Shown here in pieces: positions 39,419 to 48,695 of a DNA stretch of 49,644 bases. Position 1 is the stretch's first letter. Each line of letters opens with the position of its first letter. The translations under genes were made by a program, and so were the position numbers. The notes under the pieces were generated by a model. The model was not told the DNA's origin. It saw only the letters and a program-made list of their open reading frames with translations, and did no database searches. Source of the stretch: Gemmatimonadota bacterium (GTDB lineage Bacteria > Gemmatimonadota > Gemmatimonadetes > Gemmatimonadales > GWC2-71-9); NCBI GenBank assembly GCA_041484445.1, contig JBGPHP010000003.1, positions 1 through 49,644 of the forward strand, read 5' to 3'.

Positions 39419-41799
39419 ATCAGGGAGGCGGGATCCCCCCCGCCGTGTTGGACACTCTCGAATTCCCGGCCGCCCTGGAGCGGGTGGCGGCGTTCGCCGC
39501 CGGCGCGCTCGGCGCGGCCCGGGTGCGGGCGCGGATGCCCGACGCCGACGCGGAGCGCGTCCGCGACGCGCTGGCTCAGGTGGCCGAGCTGGCGGCCCTG
39601 ATCATCACCGATGACACGCTGCGCGCCGAGCCGGTGCCGGATCTGACCGATTCGCTCGCCGTGCTGCGGGTTCCGGGGAGCGTGCTCGAAGGGACGGCGC
39701 TCGGTGCGTTCGCGGTCGCGCTCGCCGCGGCTCAGGTGGTCGGGGCCGCGCTGGGCCGGCTGGAGCGCGACGCGCCCCGGTTGGCGGCGCTGCGCGTCCC
39801 GTTGCCGCCGCGGCAGCTGGAGACGCGCCTGCGCGAGGCGATCGATCCGGCGGGCGACGTGCTCGACGGGGCCTCGCGCGAGCTGGCGCGCGCACGGCGG
39901 GCGGTGCGGGAGACGCGCGCCAAACTCGTCGCCCGTCTGGAGCGTCTCCTCGTCGATTTGGACCCCCAGGATCGCGCCCCCGACGCGGCGGTGACGGTGC
40001 GGGCCGGCCGCTACGTCATCCCCGTGCGCAGCACGGCGCGCGGCCGCGTGGGCGGGATCGTGCACGACGCCTCCGCTACCCGCGCCACCGTCTTCGTCGA
40101 GCCGCCCGAGGTCATCGAGCTGGGAAACGAGCTGCGCGACCGCGAGGCCGACGAGCAGCGCGAGGTGCTGCGGGTGCTGCGGGACTTGACCGACACCCTG
40201 CGTCCCCACGCGGCCGCGATCGCCGCCGCCTGGGAGATGTGCCTCGCGTTCGACGACCTGTGCGCCCGCGCGCGCTACTCCGTGGACGTGAACGGCTTCG
40301 CCCCCGACATCGGGGGAGGACCCGTGAAGATCCGCGGCGGGCGTCACCCGCTGCTGCTCGGTGGCGAGATCGTGGTCGTTGCTTTCGATCTCGAGCTTGC
40401 CCCGGATGAGTACACGGTGCTCATTTCCGGTCCCAACACCGGCGGGAAGACCGTCCTCATCAAAGCCGTTGGACTCCTGTGCCTGCTCGCCCAGAGCGGC
40501 ATCATCCCGCCGATCGGCCCGCAGTCGCGGCTGCCGGTCTTCACCCGGGTGTTCGCGGACATCGGGGACCGGCAGTCCATCGCCGCCAGCCTGTCCACTT
40601 TCTCCGCGCACGTGGCCGCGCTGCGCGACATTTTGGAACACTCCGATGGCGCCTCCCTCGTGCTGCTGGACGAAGTGGGCAGCGGCACCGATCCGGCCGA
40701 AGGCGCGGCTCTGGCCGCCGCGGCGCTGCGCAGCCTCACGCGCCGCCACGCCGTCACGCTCGCCACGACCCACCTCGGCGCGCTGAAACGGCTCGCGTCG
40801 GAATCGGTCGGCGTCGTCAACGCGTCGCTGCAATTCGACGCCGACACGTTGACGCCGACGTACCGGCTGCTGAAAGGCATCCCCGGACGCTCGTACGGAC
40901 TCGCGATCGCCCGCCGTCTGGGGGTGGCAGGGGAGGTGCTCGCCGACGCGGAGCGGACGGTCCCGGACGCGGAGCGGCGCCTCGACGCGCTGCTCGCCGA
41001 CGTCGAAGCGCGCGCGCGGGCGCTGGCGGAACGTGAGGAGGCGCTGGCCCAGGCGGAGGCAGCGGCCATCGAGGATCAGGCCCGGCTCGAAGAGCGAGCG
41101 GGCACGCTCAGCCGTCATGAGCGCGACGTTGCGCAACGGGAGCGCTCGGCCGACGCCCGCGCCCGCGATCAGGCGCGCGACTATCTCCTCGAAGCCCGGA
41201 AGACCGTCGAAGCAGCCCTGGGGCAGGCACGGGCGGCCGTCGACGAAGCCACGGCACGTGAGGCGCGCCGGATGCTCGAGCGGGCGATTGCGGAAACAAA
41301 GGACGACGGATGGGCGGATGGGCGGATAGGCGGATGGAAAGAGCTGCACGTCGGCGATCGCATCCGAACCAAGGAAGGGATGGTCGGGGCGGTGCGGGAG
41401 TTGCGTCCGGACGGGAGTCTGGTGATCGAGGCCGGCGCCGTTCGGATCGTCGCTCGCCCGGATAGCGTCGCTGCGGTTCTCGAGCCGACCGCGGCACCCG
41501 GTCCCAAGCCTCTGCCATCCGCCCATCCGACCATCCGCCCATCCGCCGGCGACGTCACATCGGAAATCAAACTTCTCGGACTCCGCGTCGACGAAGCGGA
41601 AGCCGAGCTGACGCACGCACTCGACGCCGCGATCCAGACCGATCTGCCGTACTTGCGGATCATCCACGGCAAAGGCACCGGCGCGCTGCGCGAGCTGGTG
41701 CACCGCATCCTCGCGACCGACCCACGCATCGCGCACTTCGCGATCGCTCCGGCCAATCAGGGGGGCGCTGGCGTCACGGTGGTCGAGTTCCGGGCGTGA
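39415..41799 (+). CDS. mutS2: Endonuclease MutS2 (ATPase, coiled coil, KOW, SMR)
   Basis: SGPNTGGKT, DIGDRQSI..SLSTFS, LLDEVGSGTDP, TTH, GIPGRS, SMR IIHGKGTGALR and GGAGVT. Confidence 0.96.
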   Translation: MNQGGGIPPAVLDTLEFPAALERVAAFAAGALGAARVRARMPDADAERVRDALAQVAELAALIITDDTLRAEPVPDLTDSLAVLRVPGSVLEGTALGAFAVALAAAQVVGAALGRLERDAPRLAALRVPLPPRQLETRLREAIDPAGDVLDGASRELARARRAVRETRAKLVARLERLLVDLDPQDRAPDAAVTVRAGRYVIPVRSTARGRVGGIVHDASATRATVFVEPPEVIELGNELRDREADEQREVLRVLRDLTDTLRPHAAAIAAAWEMCLAFDDLCARARYSVDVNGFAPDIGGGPVKIRGGRHPLLLGGEIVVVAFDLELAPDEYTVLISGPNTGGKTVLIKAVGLLCLLAQSGIIPPIGPQSRLPVFTRVFADIGDRQSIAASLSTFSAHVAALRDILEHSDGASLVLLDEVGSGTDPAEGAALAAAALRSLTRRHAVTLATTHLGALKRLASESVGVVNASLQFDADTLTPTYRLLKGIPGRSYGLAIARRLGVAGEVLADAERTVPDAERRLDALLADVEARARALAEREEALAQAEAAAIEDQARLEERAGTLSRHERDVAQRERSADARARDQARDYLLEARKTVEAALGQARAAVDEATAREARRMLERAIAETKDDGWADGRIGGWKELHVGDRIRTKEGMVGAVRELRPDGSLVIEAGAVRIVARPDSVAAVLEPTAAPGPKPLPSAHPTIRPSAGDVTSEIKLLGLRVDEAEAELTHALDAAIQTDLPYLRIIHGKGTGALRELVHRILATDPRIAHFAIAPANQGGAGVTVVEFRA
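41305..41336 (+). repeat. 4x octamer array, left arm, in frame in mutS2
   Basis: GACGGATG GGCGGATG GGCGGATA GGCGGATG, encoding DGWADGRIGGW. Confidence 0.85.
41516..41547 (-). repeat. 4x octamer array, right (inverted) arm, in frame in mutS2
   Basis: CATCCGCC CATCCGAC CATCCGCC CATCCGCC, encoding PSAHPTIRPSA. Confidence 0.85.
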
Positions 41800-43553
41800 G
41801 CCTCATCCCCGACGATCTGATCGAGCAGATCCGCGACGCGGCGGATCTGGTCGGGATCATCGGGGAATCGGTCGAGCTGAAGCGCAGCGGCTCGGACTTC
41901 CGTGGACCGTGCCCGTTTCACGGCGGCACGCACCGCAACTTCGCCGTGATTCCCAAAAAGGGGATGTTTCACTGCTTCGTGTGCCACGCCTCGGGAGACG
42001 TGTTCACCTTCTTCATGAAGCGGCTGGGCATGGACTACCCGACGGCAGTGCGCGAAGTGGCGCGCCGCACCGGTATCACGATCCCCGAGAAAGGCCCATC
42101 GGGCCCCGATCCGCGCGAGCCGCTGTATTCCGCCGTCGCCGCGGCGCACGACTGGTTCGCGCGGGCGCTGCACGACAACCCGGAGGCGGACGCGGCGCGG
42201 GCCTACCTGATCTCGCGCGAGCTCACGCTCGAGCAGGCGACCGAATTGGGCCTGGGCTATGCGCCACGCGGGGCGGCGTTCGCCGCCGCGATGCAGACGC
42301 TCGGCATCGAGGAGGCCGTACTCCTCGAGGCGGGGCTCCTGCGTCGCAAGGACGACGGTGTCGTCGTGCCGCGATTCCGCGGGCGGTTGCTGTTCCCGAT
42401 TCACGACCTGCGCGGGCGCGTCGTCGCGTTCGGCGGCCGCATCCTCGGGGAAGGGGAGCCGAAGTACCTCAACTCTCCCGAGACGCCGATCTTCCACAAG
42501 GGAAAGCTGCTCTACCATCTACACGCGGCGCGGCCCGCCATGCGGAAAGCGGATCGCGCACTGCTCGTCGAGGGGTACTTCGACGTCATCCGATTGGCGC
42601 TCGCCGGGATCGAGGAAGTCGTCGCCCCGATGGGGACGGGACTCACGCCGGATCAGGCCGAGCTGCTGCGGCGCTACGCGCCCCAGGTCTTGCTGTGCTA
42701 TGACTCGGACGACGCCGGCTTGCGCGCGACGTTCCGGGCCGGCGACGAGCTGCTGCGCGCCGGCGTGCGGGTGGCCGTGGCGACGCTGCCGGAAGGCGAG
42801 GACCCCGACTCGCTGGTGCGCCAGAGCGGGGCGGCCGGCCTCGAGGCGATTCTGCGGGATGCGGTGGACGTGCTCGAGCGCAAGATCCAGATCCTCGAGC
42901 GCAAGCGGTTCTTCGAGACCCTGCCAGGCCGGCGCCGCGCGCTCGACCGGCTGTTGCCCACGATCCGCGCCGCGAGCGATCCGATCACGCGTGAGCTGTA
43001 TCTCAGTCGTGTGTCCGAGATGGCGCACATCAGAAAAGACGTCCTGGAACGGGAAGTGGGGACGCGGGACGCGGGACGGGGGACGAGTCCGGCCGCGGCA
43101 CCATCCGTCTCCCGTCCCTCGTCCCCCGTCCCGAATAACGGCGAGCGCGCGATCCTTCTGGTCATGCTCCAAGGCGATGCCTGGCGCGCACGGGTGCTCG
43201 AGAAAGTGGATCCCGAAGACATCGAGCATCCGCTGTATCGACGCGTGTTCGAGGCGCTGGTGGAAGGGCGTCCGGACACGCTCGAGGGGGCCGAGGCGCG
43301 CGTGTATGAATCGCTTCGGGGGGAGCCCTCGGAGACGGGCGAGCCCGACACGTTGTTCGATCGGGCGGTGAACTGGATCGAGGCGCGGCGGCTGGACCGG
43401 GAGCTGGAGCGCCTGGAGCGGGAGATCCCGCTCGCATCTGGAGCAGAACAGGACCGGCTGGTGCGCGACGTCCAACGGGTGTCCGCCGAGCGAAACAGGT
43501 TGTTCCCACGGTACAAGATCGCTTCGAGGAGGAGTGGTGCATCCGGATCTTGA
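41796..43553 (+). CDS. dnaG: DNA primase
   Basis: CPFH...CFVC zinc finger, PKYLNSPET, TOPRIM VEGYFDV, YDSDDAG, EDPD. Confidence 0.98.
   Translation: MSLIPDDLIEQIRDAADLVGIIGESVELKRSGSDFRGPCPFHGGTHRNFAVIPKKGMFHCFVCHASGDVFTFFMKRLGMDYPTAVREVARRTGITIPEKGPSGPDPREPLYSAVAAAHDWFARALHDNPEADAARAYLISRELTLEQATELGLGYAPRGAAFAAAMQTLGIEEAVLLEAGLLRRKDDGVVVPRFRGRLLFPIHDLRGRVVAFGGRILGEGEPKYLNSPETPIFHKGKLLYHLHAARPAMRKADRALLVEGYFDVIRLALAGIEEVVAPMGTGLTPDQAELLRRYAPQVLLCYDSDDAGLRATFRAGDELLRAGVRVAVATLPEGEDPDSLVRQSGAAGLEAILRDAVDVLERKIQILERKRFFETLPGRRRALDRLLPTIRAASDPITRELYLSRVSEMAHIRKDVLEREVGTRDAGRGTSPAAAPSVSRPSSPVPNNGERAILLVMLQGDAWRARVLEKVDPEDIEHPLYRRVFEALVEGRPDTLEGAEARVYESLRGEPSETGEPDTLFDRAVNWIEARRLDRELERLEREIPLASGAEQDRLVRDVQRVSAERNRLFPRYKIASRRSGASGS
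43059..43132. repeat. Inverted pair of 4x heptamer arrays in frame in dnaG
   Basis: GGGACGC GGGACGC GGGACGG GGGACGA, 18 nt, CCGTCTC CCGTCCC TCGTCCC CCGTCCC. Confidence 0.88.
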
Positions 43554-44241
43554 TTCGTTGTTGACGCTGCAAGCGAAGGACCAGGAAGTCACCCGATCAG
43601 AGCAGTCGCTCACGGCACTGGAGCCCGAAGTGCGGCGGCTCGACGAGCTGATGATGGCGGCCGAGCGGGTGCTCTTGGCGGCGCGCCGGTCGATCGAGGA
43701 CGCGATCCGGCGCCGGGACGAGCTCGAGGGCAAGATCGCGAGCTACCGCTCGATGCAGGAGCAGCGCCGTCAGCGGTTGGAATGGGTGCGCGGCGCGAAG
43801 GAAGCCTCCACGCTCATGGCCGAGCTCGACCTCGCCCGCACTGTGCTCGCCAAAGAGGAGGCGGAGTTCATGCGCTCGGGCGACGCCGTGCAGGAGGCGG
43901 AGCGCAAGGCGGCGGAAGCCGAAAAAGCGCTCGCGGCGCTGCGGGAGGGGCAGGCGGCCGACCGGGAGTCGCTGGCCGGTCGCCGCGAGACCATCATGGC
44001 CGAGCTGGAGCGGGCGCGGCACGCACGAACCGAAGCGTCTCAAGGCGTAAACGGATCGCTCCTCTCCCGCTATGAGCGCATCCGGCGTGGCAAGGCGCCG
44101 CTCGCCCTGTATGCGCTGCACGGCGATGCCTGCGGCCACTGCTTCACGGCGGTGCCCACCCAGCGCCGGGTCTTGATTCAGCGCGGAGCCACGATCGAAG
44201 CATGCGAAGCGTGTGGCGTGCTGCTCTACGGGGCTGAATGA
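43537..44241 (+). CDS. Coiled-coil C4 zinc-ribbon protein (DUF164; CT398/HP0958 family)
   Basis: LLTLQAKD start, long coiled coil, RYERIR, CGHC...CEACG; AGGAGG RBS. Confidence 0.88.
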   Translation: MHPDLDSLLTLQAKDQEVTRSEQSLTALEPEVRRLDELMMAAERVLLAARRSIEDAIRRRDELEGKIASYRSMQEQRRQRLEWVRGAKEASTLMAELDLARTVLAKEEAEFMRSGDAVQEAERKAAEAEKALAALREGQAADRESLAGRRETIMAELERARHARTEASQGVNGSLLSRYERIRRGKAPLALYALHGDACGHCFTAVPTQRRVLIQRGATIEACEACGVLLYGAE

Positions 44242-45953
44242 TCCTCCCCCGCTGGGCGGTGCGGCTGCCGCCGAACCCCGAGCTGGTCGGGTCGCTGGCG
44301 CGCGCGCTCACCATCCCCGAGCCGCTCGCCGCCCTCCTGGTGCAGCGCGGCTATGACTCGGTGGGCGATGCGCAGGCGTTCCTGCGTCCTACGCTCGCCG
44401 GGCTGTCCGATCCGCTGGCGTGGGTGGACATGGCTGGCGCCGTGGAAGTGGTCGCGGCGGCCGTGCGGCGCGGCGCGCCGATCCTGGTGCACGGCGACTA
44501 CGACGTGGACGGCCAATGCGCCGCCGCGCTCCTCACCCGCGTCTTGAAGGAAGCCGGCGCTCAGGCGCACGCGTTCGTCCCGCATCGGGTGCGCGACGGC
44601 TACGATTTCGGCCCGGCCGGACTGGCGCGCGCGCGCGAGCTGGGCGCCCGGCTGATCATCACCTGTGACTGCGGCATCACGGCCGTCGAAACGGTTCGCG
44701 CGGCCCGGGCGGAAGGCATCGACGTGATCGTCACCGACCACCATCTGCCGGGCGAGTCGTTGCCGCCGGCCGTGGCCGTGCTCGACCCGCGCCGCCCCGA
44801 TTGCCCGTCGCCCGACAAGGACCTCTGTGGGACCGGAGTCGCCTTCAAGCTGGCCCAGGCTCTTGTGCCCGTCCTCGGGCTTCCCAAGCAGCTCCCCTGG
44901 CATTTCCTCGACTACGTGGCACTGGCGACCGTCGCCGACGTCGTGCCGCTCACCGGCGAAAACCGGATTCTCGTGCGCCACGGACTGAAGCTGCTCGCCG
45001 CCAGCCGCTGGGCCGGGCTCGCCGCGCTCGTCGAGGCGGCCGGGCTGACCGGGAAACCGCTGCGTGCCGCGCACGTGGGCTTCATCCTGGCGCCCCGCTT
45101 GAACGCGGCCGGCCGGATCGGCGATGCCGGGGATGGGCTGCGGCTATTGCTCACCGACGACGCGGACGTTGCGGCGCGCCTGGCGCGCGAGCTCGAGACG
45201 CTCAACGCGCGGCGCCAGGAAATGGACCAGCAGATCCTGAGCGCCGCCGAAGCCCGCCTGGCGCAGGAGCTCGGCCCGGACGACCGGGCCATCGTGCTCG
45301 CGTCCGAGGACTGGCATCCCGGCGTGATCGGCATCGTGGCGAGCCGGTTGGTCGAGCGCTACGGGCGCCCGACCTTCCTCGTCGCCTGGGAAGGCGATAC
45401 CGGCCGCGGCTCGGGACGGAGCATCCCCGGGTTCGATCTGCACGACGCGCTGCACCGGGTAGGTCATTGCCTGGAGAAATACGGCGGCCATCGCATGGCG
45501 GCCGGGCTCACGGTACGCCGCGACCGGTTCGAAGAGTTCCGTATTGCGTTTCTCGAGGTGGCGGGCCAGCTTCTGCGCCCCGACGACTTGGCGCCCGCCC
45601 AGCGGGTGGATCTCGAAGTGCCGCTCGGCGATCTGAACGAGGAGCTGGAGCGATTGATCCGCTACCTCGAGCCGTGCGGGGCCGGGAACCCGGCTCCGGT
45701 CTTCGGGGTGCGAGGGGCGCGCGCGGTGCGGGCCCGTCGGGTCGGCGTGAACCATCTGCGTTTCATGTTGGATGATGGCTCGGGTGCGATCCCGGCGATC
45801 GGCTTCCAGGTGGCCGACCGGGTTCCGGAAGATTGGCTCACCAGGCCGCTCGACGTGGCCTTCCGGCTGGAACGTGACGAGTGGCAGGGGCGCTCGACGC
45901 TGCAGGCCCGCGTCGCGACCATCGCCCCGAGCGGAGGGGTGGAGGCAGCGTGA
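44238..45953 (+). CDS. recJ: Single-stranded DNA exonuclease RecJ
   Basis: [38 protein letters not shown]. Confidence 0.97.
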   Translation: MILPRWAVRLPPNPELVGSLARALTIPEPLAALLVQRGYDSVGDAQAFLRPTLAGLSDPLAWVDMAGAVEVVAAAVRRGAPILVHGDYDVDGQCAAALLTRVLKEAGAQAHAFVPHRVRDGYDFGPAGLARARELGARLIITCDCGITAVETVRAARAEGIDVIVTDHHLPGESLPPAVAVLDPRRPDCPSPDKDLCGTGVAFKLAQALVPVLGLPKQLPWHFLDYVALATVADVVPLTGENRILVRHGLKLLAASRWAGLAALVEAAGLTGKPLRAAHVGFILAPRLNAAGRIGDAGDGLRLLLTDDADVAARLARELETLNARRQEMDQQILSAAEARLAQELGPDDRAIVLASEDWHPGVIGIVASRLVERYGRPTFLVAWEGDTGRGSGRSIPGFDLHDALHRVGHCLEKYGGHRMAAGLTVRRDRFEEFRIAFLEVAGQLLRPDDLAPAQRVDLEVPLGDLNEELERLIRYLEPCGAGNPAPVFGVRGARAVRARRVGVNHLRFMLDDGSGAIPAIGFQVADRVPEDWLTRPLDVAFRLERDEWQGRSTLQARVATIAPSGGVEAA

Positions 45954-46474
45954 TCACGATCATCGGGGGCGAGTACAAAAATCGGCGGCTCAAGACACCG
46001 GTGGGCGACAAAGTGCGTCCCACCGCAAGCCGGGTCCGAGAAGCCTGGTTCAGCATTCTGCAGCGCTTCCTGCGCGGCGCGCGGGTGCTGGATCTCTACG
46101 CCGGTTCGGGCGCCCTCGGGCTGGAGGCCCTGTCCCGGGGTGCCACGCGCGCCGATTTCGTCGAGGTGCACCGCGCGTCGCTCGCCGCTCTGAAGGCGAA
46201 TCTGAAATCGCTCAAAGTCGAAAACCGCGCGACGATTCACAAGGTCGAAGCCCTGAAGTTCGCCGAGCAGCTCCACGCCGGGCAGTTCGACGTGGCCTTC
46301 GCCGATCCTCCCTACGCCAACGTCAACGATCAGACCGCCCGGCTCGTGGCGATGTTCCGCCTGGTGCCGTTCGCGCGCGTCTTCTCGATCGAGCACGCCG
46401 CGGATACGCCCATCCCGGGCGACGACACGCGCCGCTATGGCGATACGGCGATCACGTTCATCTACGCCCCATGA
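45950..46474 (+). CDS. rsmD: 16S rRNA m2G966 methyltransferase
   Basis: [26 protein letters not shown]; GTGA overlap with recJ. Confidence 0.92.
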   Translation: MITIIGGEYKNRRLKTPVGDKVRPTASRVREAWFSILQRFLRGARVLDLYAGSGALGLEALSRGATRADFVEVHRASLAALKANLKSLKVENRATIHKVEALKFAEQLHAGQFDVAFADPPYANVNDQTARLVAMFRLVPFARVFSIEHAADTPIPGDDTRRYGDTAITFIYAP

Positions 46475-46977
46475 CCGCGGCGGCGGAGCGCCCCCCCGGT
46501 CTCCGGATCGCGGTCTATCCCGGATCGTTCGACCCGGTGACGCGCGGTCACGAGGACCTGATCCGCCGGTCCCTCGCCTTCGTTGACCGGGTGATCGTGG
46601 GTGTGGCGGTGAACGTCGCCAAGCAGCCGCTGTTCACCCTGGAGGAGCGCGTGGGGCTGCTGCGCGACACGGTGCGTCTCCCCGGGGTGGAGGTGCAGTC
46701 CTTCGACGGACTCCTGGTGGAATTCGCGCGGCGCGTCGGCGCGTCGGTCATCGTCCGTGGGTTGCGGGCGGTGAGCGACTTCGAGTACGAATTCCAGATG
46801 GCGCTCATGAACCGCACACTCGATCCCAAGCTCGAAACGGTGTTCCTGGTGCCCGCCTTCGATCTCACCTACCTGAGCTCCAGTCTGGTGCGCGAAGTCG
46901 CCCGCTTCGGGGGCGACGTGTCCCAGCTGGTGCAACCGGCCGTCCAGCAGGCGCTGCGCAACAAGTTCACCCGGTGA
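46471..46977 (+). CDS. coaD: Pantetheine-phosphate adenylyltransferase
   Basis: [31 protein letters not shown]. Confidence 0.97.
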   Translation: MTAAAERPPGLRIAVYPGSFDPVTRGHEDLIRRSLAFVDRVIVGVAVNVAKQPLFTLEERVGLLRDTVRLPGVEVQSFDGLLVEFARRVGASVIVRGLRAVSDFEYEFQMALMNRTLDPKLETVFLVPAFDLTYLSSSLVREVARFGGDVSQLVQPAVQQALRNKFTR

Positions 46978-47879
46978 CCTTCCGCGACCGCGTGTACGAG
47001 CGGGCGCGGAGCGCCTCCCGCCGGCTCGTGTTGCCCGAAGGACATGACCCGCGTGTGCGGGACGCGGCGGCGCGTATCGCCGCGCTCGGACTCGCCCAGG
47101 TTCGCTTGCTCGACGCCACGGCCGCCGCGCCGCCCGGGCTCGCGCAGCGGCTCCTGGACCTGCGGCCGGACCGGTTCACGAGCCTCGCCGCGGCGACGGA
47201 CGCCCTCGCGCAGCCGATCCTGCTGGGTGCGTGCATGGTCGGGGCGGGGCTCGCGGATGCGATGGTCGCCGGCGCGGCGGCCCCGACGGGCGACGTGATC
47301 CGGGCCGCGCTCTTGGCCGTGGGGCCGGCGCCCGGCGTCACGACCGTGAGCAGCGCGTTCTACATGGTGCGCGACGACACCGTGCTCACGTTCACGGACG
47401 GGGCTGTCGTTCCCGACCCCAGCGGGGAGCAGCTTGCCGAGATCGCGTTGGCGGCGGCGCGCGATCGCGTCCGCATCGTGGGGGATGAGCCGCGGGTCGC
47501 GTTCCTTTCTTATAGCACGAAGGGCAGCGCGGAGGGTGCCACGGTGGACAAGGTGCGGCGCGCGGTCGCCCGGTTCCGCACGCTCGCCCCCGCCGTGGCC
47601 TGCGACGGGGAGCTCCAGGGCGACGCGGCGCTCGTCGCCGACGTCGCGCGCCGTAAGGCGCCCGGCTCACCCGTCGCGGGCCGGGCCAATGTGCTCGTGT
47701 TCCCCGACCTTGACAGCGGCAACATCGCCTACAAACTGGTGCAGCGGCTAGGCGGTTGGGATGCGCTTGGCCCGATCCTCCAGGGTCTGGCTCGTCCCAT
47801 CGCGGACCTGTCGCGCGGGGCGAGCGTGGAGGATATTGTGGACACGGCGGCGGTCACGGTACTCCAAGCGGAGGGATGA
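46974..47879 (+). CDS. pta: Phosphate acetyltransferase (PTA_PTB)
   Basis: [40 protein letters not shown]. Confidence 0.9.
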   Translation: MTFRDRVYERARSASRRLVLPEGHDPRVRDAAARIAALGLAQVRLLDATAAAPPGLAQRLLDLRPDRFTSLAAATDALAQPILLGACMVGAGLADAMVAGAAAPTGDVIRAALLAVGPAPGVTTVSSAFYMVRDDTVLTFTDGAVVPDPSGEQLAEIALAAARDRVRIVGDEPRVAFLSYSTKGSAEGATVDKVRRAVARFRTLAPAVACDGELQGDAALVADVARRKAPGSPVAGRANVLVFPDLDSGNIAYKLVQRLGGWDALGPILQGLARPIADLSRGASVEDIVDTAAVTVLQAEG

Positions 47880-47880
47880 G

Positions 47881-48216
47881 ATGGGGTTCACGTTGAACAA
47901 GGATCCGCGGGGCGTGGTGATCGTCGGCGTCGACGGGCAGCTGATCGTCGGCAATCGCCAGGAGCTCAAACAGAAGGTGCTCGACGCACTGGAGGGGGGG
48001 ACGCGCCGTTTCGTGATCGATTTCACGAAGACGGGCTACATCGACTCGTCCGGCCTCGGCGTGCTGGTGTCCCTGTCGAAGAAGGTCCGCGAGCAGGGGG
48101 GGGAGCTGCGCCTCGCGGGGCTCAACGAGGACCTCCAGACGCTCTTCGAGCTCACCAAGCTGGACACGTTGTTCGCCATCGCCAAAACGCCGGCGGAGGC
48201 GCTCGCCGCTTTCTAA
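47881..48216 (+). CDS. STAS anti-sigma factor antagonist (RsbV/SpoIIAA type)
   Basis: YIDSSGLGVL phospho-Ser motif; 111 aa from ATG 47881. Confidence 0.93.
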   Translation: MGFTLNKDPRGVVIVGVDGQLIVGNRQELKQKVLDALEGGTRRFVIDFTKTGYIDSSGLGVLVSLSKKVREQGGELRLAGLNEDLQTLFELTKLDTLFAIAKTPAEALAAF

Positions 48217-48224
48217 AGGCTCCC

Positions 48225-48695
48225 GTGACCGCCCAGCTGCAAATCGTCGTCCACCGCCCCGCGCGCGTGGCAGGTGCAGGGGAGGGGGGGGACGTCGTGG
48301 CGTCGCTGTCGGTGCCCAGCGACCTGGGGCTCGTCGGCGACGCCGTCGAGCTCGTGGCCCGCTATTGCGACACCGGCGTGCTGTCGCCGCGCCGACTCCG
48401 GTTCAATCTGCGCACCGCCCTGGCCGAAGTGCTGGCCAACGCCATCGTGTACGGGAACCGGCACGATCCCACGAAACTGGTCCGGGTGGAGATCAGCTGC
48501 GGCCGCGAGGCGGTGCGGATCGACGTGGCCGACGACGGCGTCGGGTTCGATCCGTCGGGCATTCCGGATCCCACTGAGGCGGAGAACCTGGAGCGGGAGA
48601 CCGGCCGCGGCCTGTTCGTGTTGCGCCATCTCGTCGATCAGGTCGAATTCAACGAACGGGGGAATCGCGTGTGTCTCGTCCTGCGGGCGGGCTGA
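48225..48695 (+). CDS. Anti-sigma factor Ser/Thr kinase (RsbW-type HATPase_c)
   Basis: EVLANAIVYGN, DDGVGFD, GRGLF. Confidence 0.9.
   Translation: MTAQLQIVVHRPARVAGAGEGGDVVASLSVPSDLGLVGDAVELVARYCDTGVLSPRRLRFNLRTALAEVLANAIVYGNRHDPTKLVRVEISCGREAVRIDVADDGVGFDPSGIPDPTEAENLERETGRGLFVLRHLVDQVEFNERGNRVCLVLRAG

Noticed and set aside
39034-41736. 900-aa minus-strand ORF and similar long antisense ORFs (1874-4168, 32830-34020, 35919-37037, 42519-43733)
   Set aside because: Shadows of high-GC3 genes on the opposite strand; no recognisable motifs.
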